A stretch of DNA of 64,000 nucleotides from an uncultured archaeon (GTDB lineage: Archaea > Thermoproteota > Nitrososphaeria > Nitrososphaerales > Gagatemarchaeaceae): contig CAWFOU010000001.1 of assembly GCA_963817525.1 (NCBI GenBank), positions 576,001-640,000 on the forward strand. The letters run 5' to 3'. The notes under the pieces are model-generated. The model did not search any database. It saw only the letters and a list, made by a program, of their open reading frames with translations, and had not been told where the DNA came from. Positions within the stretch are counted from its first letter, which is position 1. Every line of letters starts with the position of its first letter. Shown piece after piece: positions 1 through 9,300 of the stretch. The translations under genes were made by a program, and so were the position numbers.

Positions 1-2
1 GA

Positions 3-647
3 GGCAGGACGGCGGACATCGTTGCGTTCCTCGAGATGAAGGAGTCGAATCTCACCATCGACGAGCTCCTGGGGTCGGTAAGGGAGCTCGACTTTGTCCT
101 GGAGGCGAACGCCGCGAGCAAGGACAGGGTGGTCTTCGAGGAATTCCTCTTCCCTCTCATGGTGGACGAAGACGTCCGCGGCTTCCTAATGACGGAGGGT
201 GCGTGGATGTCGATAGCAACGAGGCTTGTCCTCACCTACGGGACGGGCGGGCTCGCCATCCTCCACGAGGCAGGCGTCGCCTGTGGGGAGGAGTACGCGA
301 AGCAGCTGCAGGCCAAGCTCGGCCTGAGGGCCAGCCCGGAGACCGCCGTCGAGAACCTCGAGGTGATGCTTAGGGCGACGGGGATGGGCGTGATCGAGCT
401 CAGTGCCACGCTCGACGGGTTCCTCGTCAAGGTGGAGCAGCCGGTGATCCAGGCCACCGAGACGAAGATCCACGACCACTTCCTCACGGGGGTGATCTCC
501 GGAGCGGCGGGGCGACTCTTCGCGACGAGGTATTCGGTCGGGGATGTCCGCTTCGAAGGGGACGAGCTGCGTTTCACTCTGGGGCGTAGGCACGCCGAGC
601 AGGTGGCGCCTGAGCCGCGGCTCCCAAAGGCAGAGAGCGCCAGGTAG
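3..647 (+). CDS. V4R-domain protein (probably ACT+V4R sensor), 5'-truncated by window edge
   Basis: Frame is open from position 3 upstream of the ATG at 36; FLFPL and ILHEAGVACG...LRATGMG...HFLTGVISGAAGRLF pattern typical of archaeal V4R domains. Confidence 0.65.
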   Translation, partial: GRTADIVAFLEMKESNLTIDELLGSVRELDFVLEANAASKDRVVFEEFLFPLMVDEDVRGFLMTEGAWMSIATRLVLTYGTGGLAILHEAGVACGEEYAKQLQAKLGLRASPETAVENLEVMLRATGMGVIELSATLDGFLVKVEQPVIQATETKIHDHFLTGVISGAAGRLFATRYSVGDVRFEGDELRFTLGRRHAEQVAPEPRLPKAESAR

Positions 648-660
648 AGAAGCCGCCGGC

Positions 661-1194
661 TCAGTTCTGCTTCTTCGTCTGAAGTCCGCTAGCGTCGAAG
701 GTGAGGTGGCCCGAGTACAGGTTCTTGACCAGGTTCATCATCTTCTCGTCGTGTGCCCTTGAGAGCACCAGGAAGATCGAGGTGACGTCCCCGTGGCTGA
801 GGATCTCGTTCATCTGCCTGAGGAACTTGTAGCTGTCCTGCAATCCGCGCTCGAGTATGAGCGAGGATATGTTGTCGAAGACGACGGCCTTCGGCTGGTC
901 CGGGTCCGTGGTGACCGCCTCGTCCATGACGTTGAGGAGCACCGAATAGTCGGATCGAGGGACCATGACCTCGTTCGAGCCCGCGCTCGGCTTTGGATAT
1001 GAGCTCTCGGACAGGATGAAGAATCGGATGCCCGGCACGTCCTTCAGAAGGAGATGGACGGGGCTCCCCTTCGAGGTGAACGCGAACAGGCGCCGCCCGC
1101 TCGCGGCCATCGCCAGTGCGAACTCCTTGACGGCGCGCTCGTAGTTTACAGACGGGTCGGCTTCGAGCAGCATCGTCCCCTTGTAGTTGGGCAC
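661..1194 (-). CDS. DUF835-like inactive KaiC/RecA-fold protein
   Basis: AVVFDNISSLILERG..SYKFL and SIFLVL..AHDEK..NLVKNLY motifs; no Walker A; TATA-like TTAATAA about 25-30 nt upstream. Confidence 0.6.
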   Translation of the reverse strand: MPNYKGTMLLEADPSVNYERAVKEFALAMAASGRRLFAFTSKGSPVHLLLKDVPGIRFFILSESSYPKPSAGSNEVMVPRSDYSVLLNVMDEAVTTDPDQPKAVVFDNISSLILERGLQDSYKFLRQMNEILSHGDVTSIFLVLSRAHDEKMMNLVKNLYSGHLTFDASGLQTKKQN

Positions 1195-1467
1195 CGGATA
1201 TCTCCCTGTCGGCCCTCATTATTAACCGAGGCTGTCGAGAATCGACTTCCATCTCCCGATTCGGAGGCCGGGCGGACCCCTGTGCCGGGCAGCCGCCGCG
1301 TCCCGAGCCCCAAGCGCGGGTTGGCGTCCAATCCGCCTGGTGCCGGCAAACACGACAACAGAGAGTTTGAAGTTCTTGCAGCTCCCAGGGGAGGTAGAGC
1401 CCTCCGATTGTTTCTGATTTAGTAACGTGGTCCTGCATAGTGCGGTAATATCCTTCGTATCGCCAAC

Positions 1468-1716
1468 ATGGCGATGAACAGCCTACTCCTGTACCGACTC
1501 GTCAAGGTCGTCCCCTTCGCAACGGCGGCCTTCTCCATTATCCTGATGTCGCACGGCGTCTTCGGAGTTCACGGGGTGCACGTTTCCGGAGACCCGGGAG
1601 GACCCGGAGCCCCGAACACCCACATGGGAATCAACGGGGATCCAGGTGGACCCGGCGCGCCCAACCTTCGCATGACGACAAGTGGGGATCCTGGCGGACC
1701 CGGAGCCCCTAACTAG
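1468..1716 (+). CDS. Putative secreted peptide precursor with 3 x GDPGGPGAPN core repeats
   Basis: N-terminal basic plus hydrophobic segment; three identical decapeptides at 16-aa period encoded with different synonymous codons; start may be the ATG at 1474. Confidence 0.8.
   Translation: MAMNSLLLYRLVKVVPFATAAFSIILMSHGVFGVHGVHVSGDPGGPGAPNTHMGINGDPGGPGAPNLRMTTSGDPGGPGAPN
1588..1713 (+). repeat. Three 30-nt coding repeats (1588-1617, 1636-1665, 1684-1713), 48-nt period
   Basis: GGAGACCCGGGAGGACCCGGAGCCCCGAAC / GGGGATCCAGGTGGACCCGGCGCGCCCAAC / GGGGATCCTGGCGGACCCGGAGCCCCTAAC. Confidence 0.95.
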
Positions 1717-1720
1717 GGCT

Positions 1721-2812
1721 CTATCTCTTTATTTTCATCTTCTGGGGCAGGACGGCCTCCAGGGCCGCCTGTCTTTCGAAGAACCAGCCTCTCTTGCTGT
1801 CGAAGTTCTCGTAGGGTATCGTGTACCAGAACGTGGTCGAAAGGTCGACCGTCCACGTCTTCCAGTCGTCGACGATGTCCTTCAGGCGCGAGTCGAGGAA
1901 GCGGACCGACTCCATGAAGTAGTCCGCCGGAAGAGCCGAGTGGACCTGGTAGTACCCGTCGCTCCGGCCTCCCTCGAACCAGGTGAAGGGGAAATTGTTG
2001 AAGAGAAGCCTGAGCTTTGCGAGGGCTGCCCTTGAGACTCCGCTGAACTCGTAGATGAGACCTGCCGCCTTTGTGAACTCTTTGGGGGTCACAGACGTCC
2101 AGTTGACGTAGTTCGAGCGCACCACGTCGGAGACATGCTTCCTATAGTGCCATCGGACCGTCCTCTCGTTCAGCCTGAGCTTGCGGGCGATCTCCGCGAT
2201 GTTGCGCCACGAGTCCAGCTCGAGCTCCTTTATTATGAGCAGGTCGGTGACGTCAAAGTCCGTCGCCGTCGAGGGCTCCTCCGTCTTGACCGCGCTCGGC
2301 GGAGGCTCGCTGAGCTTCTCGACCTTCGCCCACTCGACCGTCCATTCTCCCGAGCCAAAGTCGTAGTACCTGCTGTTGAGCTCGGGGTTGCGCGACCAGA
2401 CGAGCCGCTGCGTGGTGTATTCGACCAGGATCTTCTTTTTCACGAGGTCGTCTAGGAATTCGAGGAATTGGTCGACGAGCGAGACTGGGACCGCGAAGAA
2501 GGCGAGCTGCCGGCGCTCGACCGCGGCCTTGCACCAGTAGGTGAGGAAGGCGTTGGAGGAAAGGCCCGTTCGGATGGCCGACTCCGAGGCCTCCGCCTCG
2601 CGTGTGAGCTTCATCGACACGAAGTAGCGTTCGAGCCCGAGTGCCGCGTGGTTGAGCGGGGTCCGTACGTTGAGGCCCATGTTCGGGAACCTCTTCTTCA
2701 TGGTGTAGCGTATGGTCTCGGTGGGCATCCCAGTCATGCGGGAGAGGAGGGAGACGTTCTGGATCCCCACGCGGTTTATCGCCTCTATGAGCTTGGTTAG
2801 GTCGGACGGCAT
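1721..2812 (-). CDS. Tandem (double) Lrp/AsnC-like HTH transcriptional regulator
   Basis: Two HTH modules (NVSLLSRMTGMPTETIRY; DVTDLLIIKELELDSWRNIAEIARKLRLNERTVRWH), each followed by a RAM-like region; paralog of 30945-32108. Confidence 0.8.
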   Translation of the reverse strand: MPSDLTKLIEAINRVGIQNVSLLSRMTGMPTETIRYTMKKRFPNMGLNVRTPLNHAALGLERYFVSMKLTREAEASESAIRTGLSSNAFLTYWCKAAVERRQLAFFAVPVSLVDQFLEFLDDLVKKKILVEYTTQRLVWSRNPELNSRYYDFGSGEWTVEWAKVEKLSEPPPSAVKTEEPSTATDFDVTDLLIIKELELDSWRNIAEIARKLRLNERTVRWHYRKHVSDVVRSNYVNWTSVTPKEFTKAAGLIYEFSGVSRAALAKLRLLFNNFPFTWFEGGRSDGYYQVHSALPADYFMESVRFLDSRLKDIVDDWKTWTVDLSTTFWYTIPYENFDSKRGWFFERQAALEAVLPQKMKIKR

Positions 2813-2836
2813 CTAGATCACTTGTGGTCTAATTAC

Positions 2837-2845
2837 CTATATAAT
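2837..2845 (-). promoter_or_regulatory. TATA box of regulator 1
   Basis: ATTATATAG on the minus strand about 25-33 nt upstream of the ATG at 2812. Confidence 0.6.
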
Positions 2846-3269
2846 ATCTGCGGGTTCGTGAAAAGGTGGCGGCCTAGTCCCCGTAGAAGGCAGATTTTTC
2901 ATTCTTCTAGTCGCATACGTGTTATTCTATTGAAATATGAATATTGTCTACATTCGACATGAGAATTGTGGCCATTTCTTGATGCTTGAGCCAACTCCCT
3001 CAGTTTGTCGGAAGAGTGGCTGCCCATGGCTCAGTAGTAGGGCCAATGGCCGGCCTTAGTATCCGGAGTCTAGATTCAGGTTCCACATGAAAGAGCCGCG
3101 AATTACTTTATGCATTTGCTGGCACGACTTAAATTCCTAAAGCAATAATGGACGGATGTAGGGCGGATTCGGTGTCAGAGAAAGTGATCTCGGTTTCAAG
3201 GGAGAACGTGAACCTCAGGCTCGTTATCTCCTTCGAGGACGAAAAAACCCCGGCCAAGAGCTTATCGCG

Positions 3270-3319
3270 ATAAGGGCGGATTCTTCCACTTCATAAGGGC
3301 GGATTCTTCCACTTCATAA
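3270..3319. repeat. Perfect 23-bp tandem duplication ATAAGGGCGGATTCTTCCACTTC x2 plus ATAA
   Basis: Read directly; the AGGGCGGATTC core also occurs at 3160-3170. Confidence 0.9.
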
Positions 3320-3442
3320 CCCATTTCAGCCCGTCGGAAATGCCGACCGCAGACTCCAGCCGCGAACGTGGCGACACGGAGCTGTTGCTCGGAAGAACGA
3401 GGGCTGGCCTGGTCAAGAGACGGAAATCACGGAGGACACCTG

Positions 3443-3979
3443 TCACGGATTGTCATGCGAATCCAATGCCGCGGATGCTATCAACTTGATAAGCTCGGAA
3501 GGGCTTCTTTCTTGGATAGGTTCTTTGTCGAACTCCGCAGTCGCACCGAACTCTCGCTTGATTTCCCTCGTCAGCATGTACTCGAAGACCTTGACCCCAG
3601 CCTCCCCGTAGATGGACTTTAGTCCCTCGATGAACTCATCGGGTTTGTTCGCGATGTCATCCCGTTCAAGATTGCGGGTCACATACAGGTTCCAGAAAAT
3701 GATCTCCTGCGTCTGAGAGCCAGCGCCAATGGCATGAAAGGCTCGGCTGACGCAATCCTTGATCCTGGCCGCGAAGGCAGCCTGTCGCTGTGAGTAGTTG
3801 AAGGCGGCCACCTGGTTGGCATGATAGAGCCCAGCGTTTTTAGGCCTTTGCTCGTCAATCGAGACAGTTGCCGTTTCTTTGATTCGGAGGTACATCGCGT
3901 CATGAATATGCCAAATCGACTGATATCGACATTCTTGCCGTATTCCAGAAGTTCCGACGGAGGTAGAAGAGAACGGCAA
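3443..3979 (-). CDS. DUF3227-like archaeal signalling-associated protein (true start probably downstream)
   Basis: KPDEFIEGLKSIYGEAGVKVFEYMLTREI motif, similar to 23419-23775. Confidence 0.55.
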   Translation of the reverse strand: MPFSSTSVGTSGIRQECRYQSIWHIHDAMYLRIKETATVSIDEQRPKNAGLYHANQVAAFNYSQRQAAFAARIKDCVSRAFHAIGAGSQTQEIIFWNLYVTRNLERDDIANKPDEFIEGLKSIYGEAGVKVFEYMLTREIKREFGATAEFDKEPIQERSPSELIKLIASAALDSHDNP

Positions 3980-4069
3980 GGTCAGCGTAGAGGCAAAAGA
4001 TTGCTCTTGGTCTGAAGATGGAGCAGCAGTTTAGAACAAACTACCATACCGGAATATATCGACGAAAAG

Positions 4070-4285
4070 TTGACGGTTTCTTTGCCCTTGGTGGCTCCCT
4101 CGGACCGGTTCATCCTGTCCAAGACCGACCGGACGGTGATCAGGAAATGCCCATTCTGCGACATTCGACTCGAGGATTTCGTCGGGAAGGATGTCAACTT
4201 CATAGTCCATCTCGGGAATCCAATTCCTTCACACAGAATGAAACGTGAGTGGGCTGATTATGTCACCCGGATGAATCAAGCCTGA
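4070..4285 (+). CDS. Small putative zinc-finger protein
   Basis: CPFC...H...H pattern; ATATAT element upstream. Confidence 0.4.
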   Translation: MTVSLPLVAPSDRFILSKTDRTVIRKCPFCDIRLEDFVGKDVNFIVHLGNPIPSHRMKREWADYVTRMNQA

Positions 4286-4622
4286 ACGCGGAACCTAGAT
4301 TCAGAGTCATGCCAATGTCATGACGAGACGAGCCTTTTCTCCATGAGAATTGATAGGTCACAAGGGTTGACGGGCGCAATATCCGCTCCCGGGTGAGGGT
4401 TTTTCGACAGAGCCTGATTGTGAGCCTATCCCAAGAGAAAGGAGGCCCATCGCGTCGCTCTCCCCGATCTCAACCACCGCGTGGCGCACCGCGCTCGAAT
4501 AGCGCCTCTCTAGTCGAGCCATCCCATACTCACGAGGGGGTTCCCGGTAAAGGCGGAAGGCGTCGTCGATGACAAACGTTTATCTATCCACATTACCATA
4601 AACGTGGACAGCAAGACCAAAC

Positions 4623-4988
4623 TTGATGAATCCGGTATCGGGGATTGAGATAGACCGCTACGTCCGAAAGTATCGGAGAGGGATGGTGAACTCTCTTCTA
4701 GAGTACCTGATTTTGAACCACCTCGAAAAGGAGCCCCTCTGCGGCTACGACATCATAAGACTCCTTCACGAAAGGTTCCACATTCTCTTGAGCCCTGGGC
4801 AGGTCTACCCGGTCATCGACTACATGGCGGCTCAAGGCTTGATCTGCAAGGAGAAGCGCGGCAGGATGGTGATGCTCGCCCTCACCCACCTGGGATCTTC
4901 TCTCTTGCGGGCATGGAAAGAGGAATTCCAGAACATCAAAATTCAGGTGGACAACCTGGCCGCGGAGGAGCTCCACGCTGTATCTTGA
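4623..4988 (+). CDS. PadR family transcriptional regulator
   Basis: LILNHLEKEPLCGYDIIRLL..LSPGQVYPVI. Confidence 0.8.
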   Translation: MMNPVSGIEIDRYVRKYRRGMVNSLLEYLILNHLEKEPLCGYDIIRLLHERFHILLSPGQVYPVIDYMAAQGLICKEKRGRMVMLALTHLGSSLLRAWKEEFQNIKIQVDNLAAEELHAVS

Positions 4989-5102
4989 TTTCAAGTGGGG
5001 CGAAACCGTCAAAAGCGCTGGCCCGCGTGATAGCGTTATCACGAAGTTCACTACGTTTATTAGTGTATAATCTATTAAGCTAACAGGGAGATGCATTGAA
5101 GG

Positions 5103-5441
5103 ATGTCGTCGAGTTGGGTAGTCCACAGGTTTCGACGGGCCTTTCTGCAAGAGAACCTGATGCTGATCACCCTCCGGCTTCTCAGGAGGTCGGAGATGAG
5201 CGAATGGGAGGCTTTGGATTCCATCTATTCTCGGTACAGGCTGACCCCCGACGCGAAGGAGTTCAAGAAGGTCCTGGACGTCTTGGTGAGCGGGGGGTAC
5301 GTGAGCTCCGAGCCGGCCGATGATGTCCGCGAGCTTCGGATAACGAGGACAGGTGTGAAGCTGCTCCACGCGCTCGAAGAGGAGTACCGGGCCATCGTCC
5401 TGAGCATCGAGACAGAAGCTCCCGGCCCAATAGCCCGCTAG
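5103..5441 (+). CDS. PadR-like winged-helix protein
   Basis: wHTH wing motif LRITRTGVKLL; TATA-like GTATAA upstream. Confidence 0.6.
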   Translation: MSSSWVVHRFRRAFLQENLMLITLRLLRRSEMSEWEALDSIYSRYRLTPDAKEFKKVLDVLVSGGYVSSEPADDVRELRITRTGVKLLHALEEEYRAIVLSIETEAPGPIAR

Positions 5442-5459
5442 CGGGCTCTACAGTCGACC

Positions 5460-5828
5460 CTATGTGATCTTGTAGTGGTTCGCCGCCTTGACGATGAGGA
5501 ATATCACCAAGGCGATGATTATGAAGGTGAGGACGTTGTTCGCAAAGTCTCCTACGCCGAAGGGGCCAACCATGTATTGGTTGATGTTTTTCCCCGGGGG
5601 CAGGGCGTAAGAGACTATCGGAAGGATCAGGTCTGTGACGAGGGCTTTGACGACATCCCCCAGGTATAGGCCGAGGATGAACGCGACAGCGAGTCCCAGG
5701 ACCTTGTATTGTTCCAGGAATGCCTTGAACTCCTTCGCCATCCCCTTCGGAGCCGCCGGGTCGGGGGGCTTGGTCAGGAGCGCGGTAATCTTGCGGAGCT
5801 CCGCAAGAATCTCTTCGTCCGAGGCCAT
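5460..5828 (-). CDS. mscL: Large-conductance mechanosensitive channel
   Basis: EFKAFL..KVLGLAVAFILG..VVKALVTDLILPIV..VGDFANNVLTFIIIA; start taken at ATG 5828. Confidence 0.85.
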   Translation of the reverse strand: MASDEEILAELRKITALLTKPPDPAAPKGMAKEFKAFLEQYKVLGLAVAFILGLYLGDVVKALVTDLILPIVSYALPPGKNINQYMVGPFGVGDFANNVLTFIIIALVIFLIVKAANHYKIT

Positions 5829-5954
5829 CCAGACCGGAGACTTGCTCACGCGGAATATAACGTCTTCGCAGGCGGCCCACCACGAGCTAGCGCTGAGGGC
5901 GCAGGCCCGCATTAGGGCTCATGACGGCGGTCGCACGGAAACCAGGACTGCTGA

Positions 5955-6269
5955 CTAGCGTAGGATTTCCATTCTGTGCGTCGGGTAGATCAGCCCTTCC
6001 GCGTTGGCGGTCGGCTCCATGAACACAGACTCCACTTCGCGGAATCTCTGCAGGAGGTCAAGACCGTCTGGGGTCGGGGTCACTACGACGCCTGAAGGTG
6101 TGTCCTTGCTTGCCAGTATGCCCTTCTTTTCCATAGAGTCGAGAGCGTCGTTGAGGACCGTCCAGGCGAGGTTCGCCTTGTACATTATCCTCGTCCGCTT
6201 CATCTCTCGCTCTTCAGCGACTACCTTCATGATGTCCATGAAGACTTCAAGCTTTGACCTTCGAATCAT
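5955..6269 (-). CDS. Archaeal winged-helix (HTH_45-type) regulator
   Basis: RRSKLEVFMDIM..KRTRIMYKANL motif. Confidence 0.8.
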   Translation of the reverse strand: MIRRSKLEVFMDIMKVVAEEREMKRTRIMYKANLAWTVLNDALDSMEKKGILASKDTPSGVVVTPTPDGLDLLQRFREVESVFMEPTANAEGLIYPTHRMEILR

Positions 6270-6397
6270 CGCGAAGACTAGTACGTAGGCGTGTTAGATA
6301 TCCTTCTTAGGGCTCTTTCCAAATTGCGGTCCTGAAAACTTATGGAAAACGGCAGGAATTCACGCTTGGGCCGTTTCCAGCTTGGCGGGGGAGAGGG

Positions 6398-9300
6398 GTG
6401 AAACCGCTGAAAACACCGCGAAATCACGGTGAAGTCGGGACAAAGTCGTGCAATCGACCCTCGCGAACGTCGGTCGCTCGGCGAAAGGGAAGATATACGA
6501 TTCTGAGGAGAGGGCGTCGCCCGGTCGCCGTCACCAAAATAGACTGGGGCATCCAAGAGCTTATACAGATGGATGGAATGTCCTTTGAACGCGGACCTAG
6601 CTTGAGAGACCCTGTCTGCCTCTTTCCCACGAGAAGGACTCACAAGGACCTCATAGTGGTTTTTTTGGCGCTTTTTGCACTTGCTTTGCTGCTTGCGGCC
6701 AAACCCGCGCTGGGAGCGACCCTTACGGTCGGGACTCCCACGGCGACGCTAAACCCGGTCACCGTGGGGACGCAGACGACCATCACCGCAGGCACAGTAA
6801 ACGGTGGGACTGGTCCCTATACCTATGCGTGGATGGGCTTGCCCACGGGATGCAGCGACTCCACCTCGGCTTCGATAACGTGCACGCCGACTAGCGTGGG
6901 CGCTGGATCGTTTTCGGTGACCGTCACCGCGACCGACATGGCGGGGGACGCGGGGATGTCGAGCGCCCTCACCCTGGTCGTGAGTCCAGCAACGCCGACT
7001 CTTTCAGTAGTCTGCCCGACCCCTGACGTTGGGTACACGGCGACCTGCACCGCCACGCTGAGCAACATCGCCTACCAGCCGGACGGAACGGTGACCTTCA
7101 CCCAGACCTCTTCTGGCGCGCTGATATCGTCCTCAACTTTCGACTGCATGGTGGCCCCGATTACCTACTCGTGCACGACTGCCCCGGTGCAAACGAAGGG
7201 AGCGGGAACCGTCACCTTCTCGGTAGCTTACACGATGGATCCAAACAACTCGCCCACGCAAAACCCGGTGACCGCAACGCTCCTGATCGCGAAGGCCGCG
7301 AGCATTTTGACGGCAAACTGCGCCAGCTCGACCGTGGTGATCGGGACGCAGACGACTTGCACCGCGACCCTGAGCGGCACCTTTTCGCCTACGGGCACAA
7401 TCGCGTGGACTTTCAGCGGGATGGGCGCCTTCACCCCGAACGATTGCACCGTTCCTCCCGCTTCGTGCAGCGTCTCCTTCTCGCCCGCGACATCGGGCAC
7501 CATCACCGCCACCTATGCGGGTGACCCCAACAACGATGAGAGCTTCAAGTCCTTCGACCTAGCTGCTGACATCGGGGACAGCATCACTATCACGGTGGCC
7601 AACGGTGGCCCGTCGACCGTGATCGATCTTTCAGGCTGCTCGGTCTCGCCCACCACCATCTCGGCAAACGGGGTGGCCTGGACCTTCCAGGCGGCCTCTG
7701 GGTGCTCCGCGTTGGCCCTCACACTGCCTCCCGCGGGTGCGGACGCGAGGTACCTGTCGGCCAACGGCACGGGTTCGCTCGCAATCCCCACGTGCACTTC
7801 CAGCCCCTGCCAACCGTTCTCCGCGACCATCTACTACCAGTTCCAGAACACGTATCGGGTCACTCCCGAGAGCCCCTCGACCTGGGCTGCCTCGGGGTCC
7901 GTCCCAGTAACGGGGACGGCGCTGGGGAACGCGAGCGCACGCATCTGCACCATAACCATCACCACGGGGACGGGCGCGTTCTCCTGTGAGGGATGGTCCG
8001 ACTATGGCACGCAGGTCGTAATGGGGTCTCTATCATTATCCTCGACCCAGCGTGAGGCTGCCTCGCCCCCCGCCTTCACTGACACGTCCGCGGGAGGCAC
8101 CGACTACGACTCTAGCTACTACCTACAGGTCCTCGAGGGCTTCCAATATTCGCTCGTAGGGGGGACCACAGCACCTTCGGCTCCGGGCATCAGCTATACG
8201 GCCTTGGGGTCACCTGCGACGTCTCCTCTGACGGGCTCGGCTGCGTCCCTCTCGATCTGGATGGACTCGGGGACAAGCTGGAACGTTCCGCAGACAATAT
8301 CTGGCTCCACGGCGACCGAGCGCTGGTACAGCCCGGTGACCTCCGGGGCAGCGACCGGCGGCGCGACCATCTCGCTGGCCTACTATCACCAGTACTTCGT
8401 GGCGTTCGGATATTCGGTGATTGGAGGCGGCACGGTGTACATCCCTCCGTCTGAGCAATTCCAGGAGTCTGGGAACCAGACGACAGGGAGTCAGGGGTGG
8501 GCGGACGCCGGTTCTTCATACAGCTTCACCAATCCCCTTTCCGGGTCTACCGCGGGGGAGCGCTGGTTCTCGCAGGAGGCCACCGGGGCAGTGACGAGTG
8601 CAGGGCGGATAAACGCGACATACTACCGCCAGTACACCCTCACCCTCAGTTTCACGGTCACCGGCGGAGGGTCATACGACTCCCCCGTCCTGAGCTCAAC
8701 ATCTTTCGCCGCACCCGCGTCAGCGCAACTCTCTGCCGCCCCCACGGTGCTGTGGGCGGACTCGGGTGCAAAATGGTCGGTGACGACGCTGCTCCCCAGC
8801 TCCACCGACACGGAAAGGTGGATCACCCAGCAGACCGACTCGGGGACAGCGACGTCGGCCATTGTGCTGCAGCTAAAGTACTATCACCAGTACGCCGGGT
8901 TGTTCTCCTATAGCATCAAGGGCTCGGGAGGCTCCCCGCCCGTCCCCAAGCTCAACTACACGGAGTTCGGCTCGTCGGTCTTGGTCCCGCTCTCCTCGAG
9001 CCCTACGGTCGTCTGGCCTGACTCCGGCTCGGCATGGACCGCGCAGCCCACTATCCCCGGGGAGCAGGGCGAGCGCTGGCTCTCCAACGCGACGGCGCTT
9101 ACGCCGGTTGACAGCGGGTTCTCCGCCGACATACAATACTCTCATCAGTTCTACGTCGAGGTCGGGTTGAACACCGCGGCCGGCGGGCAGGTCGCAAACG
9201 CCGACCAATGGGAGTACCAGGGCAACTCGGTGATCCTGAACGCGACGTCGGCGCACCAGTGGACCTTCGCATATTGGCAAGGGGGGACGACCTACTCCTA

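Noticed and set aside
1588-1713. Possible CRISPR mini-array or collagen-like repeat
   Set aside because: The repeats vary only at synonymous positions within one frame, the spacers are 18 nt, and there is no sustained Gly-X-Y periodicity
1468-1716. Lasso peptide or other modified RiPP
   Set aside because: No Asp/Glu at core positions 7-9 and no cyclase, radical SAM, YcaO or other maturase nearby; cannot be excluded in trans
3148-3273. 41-aa ORF MDGCRADSVSEKVISVSRENVNLRLVISFEDEKTPAKSLSR
   Set aside because: No recognisable motif and no convincingly spaced TATA box; unsupported
3270-3319. CRISPR repeat
   Set aside because: Directly tandem with no spacer and no cas genes
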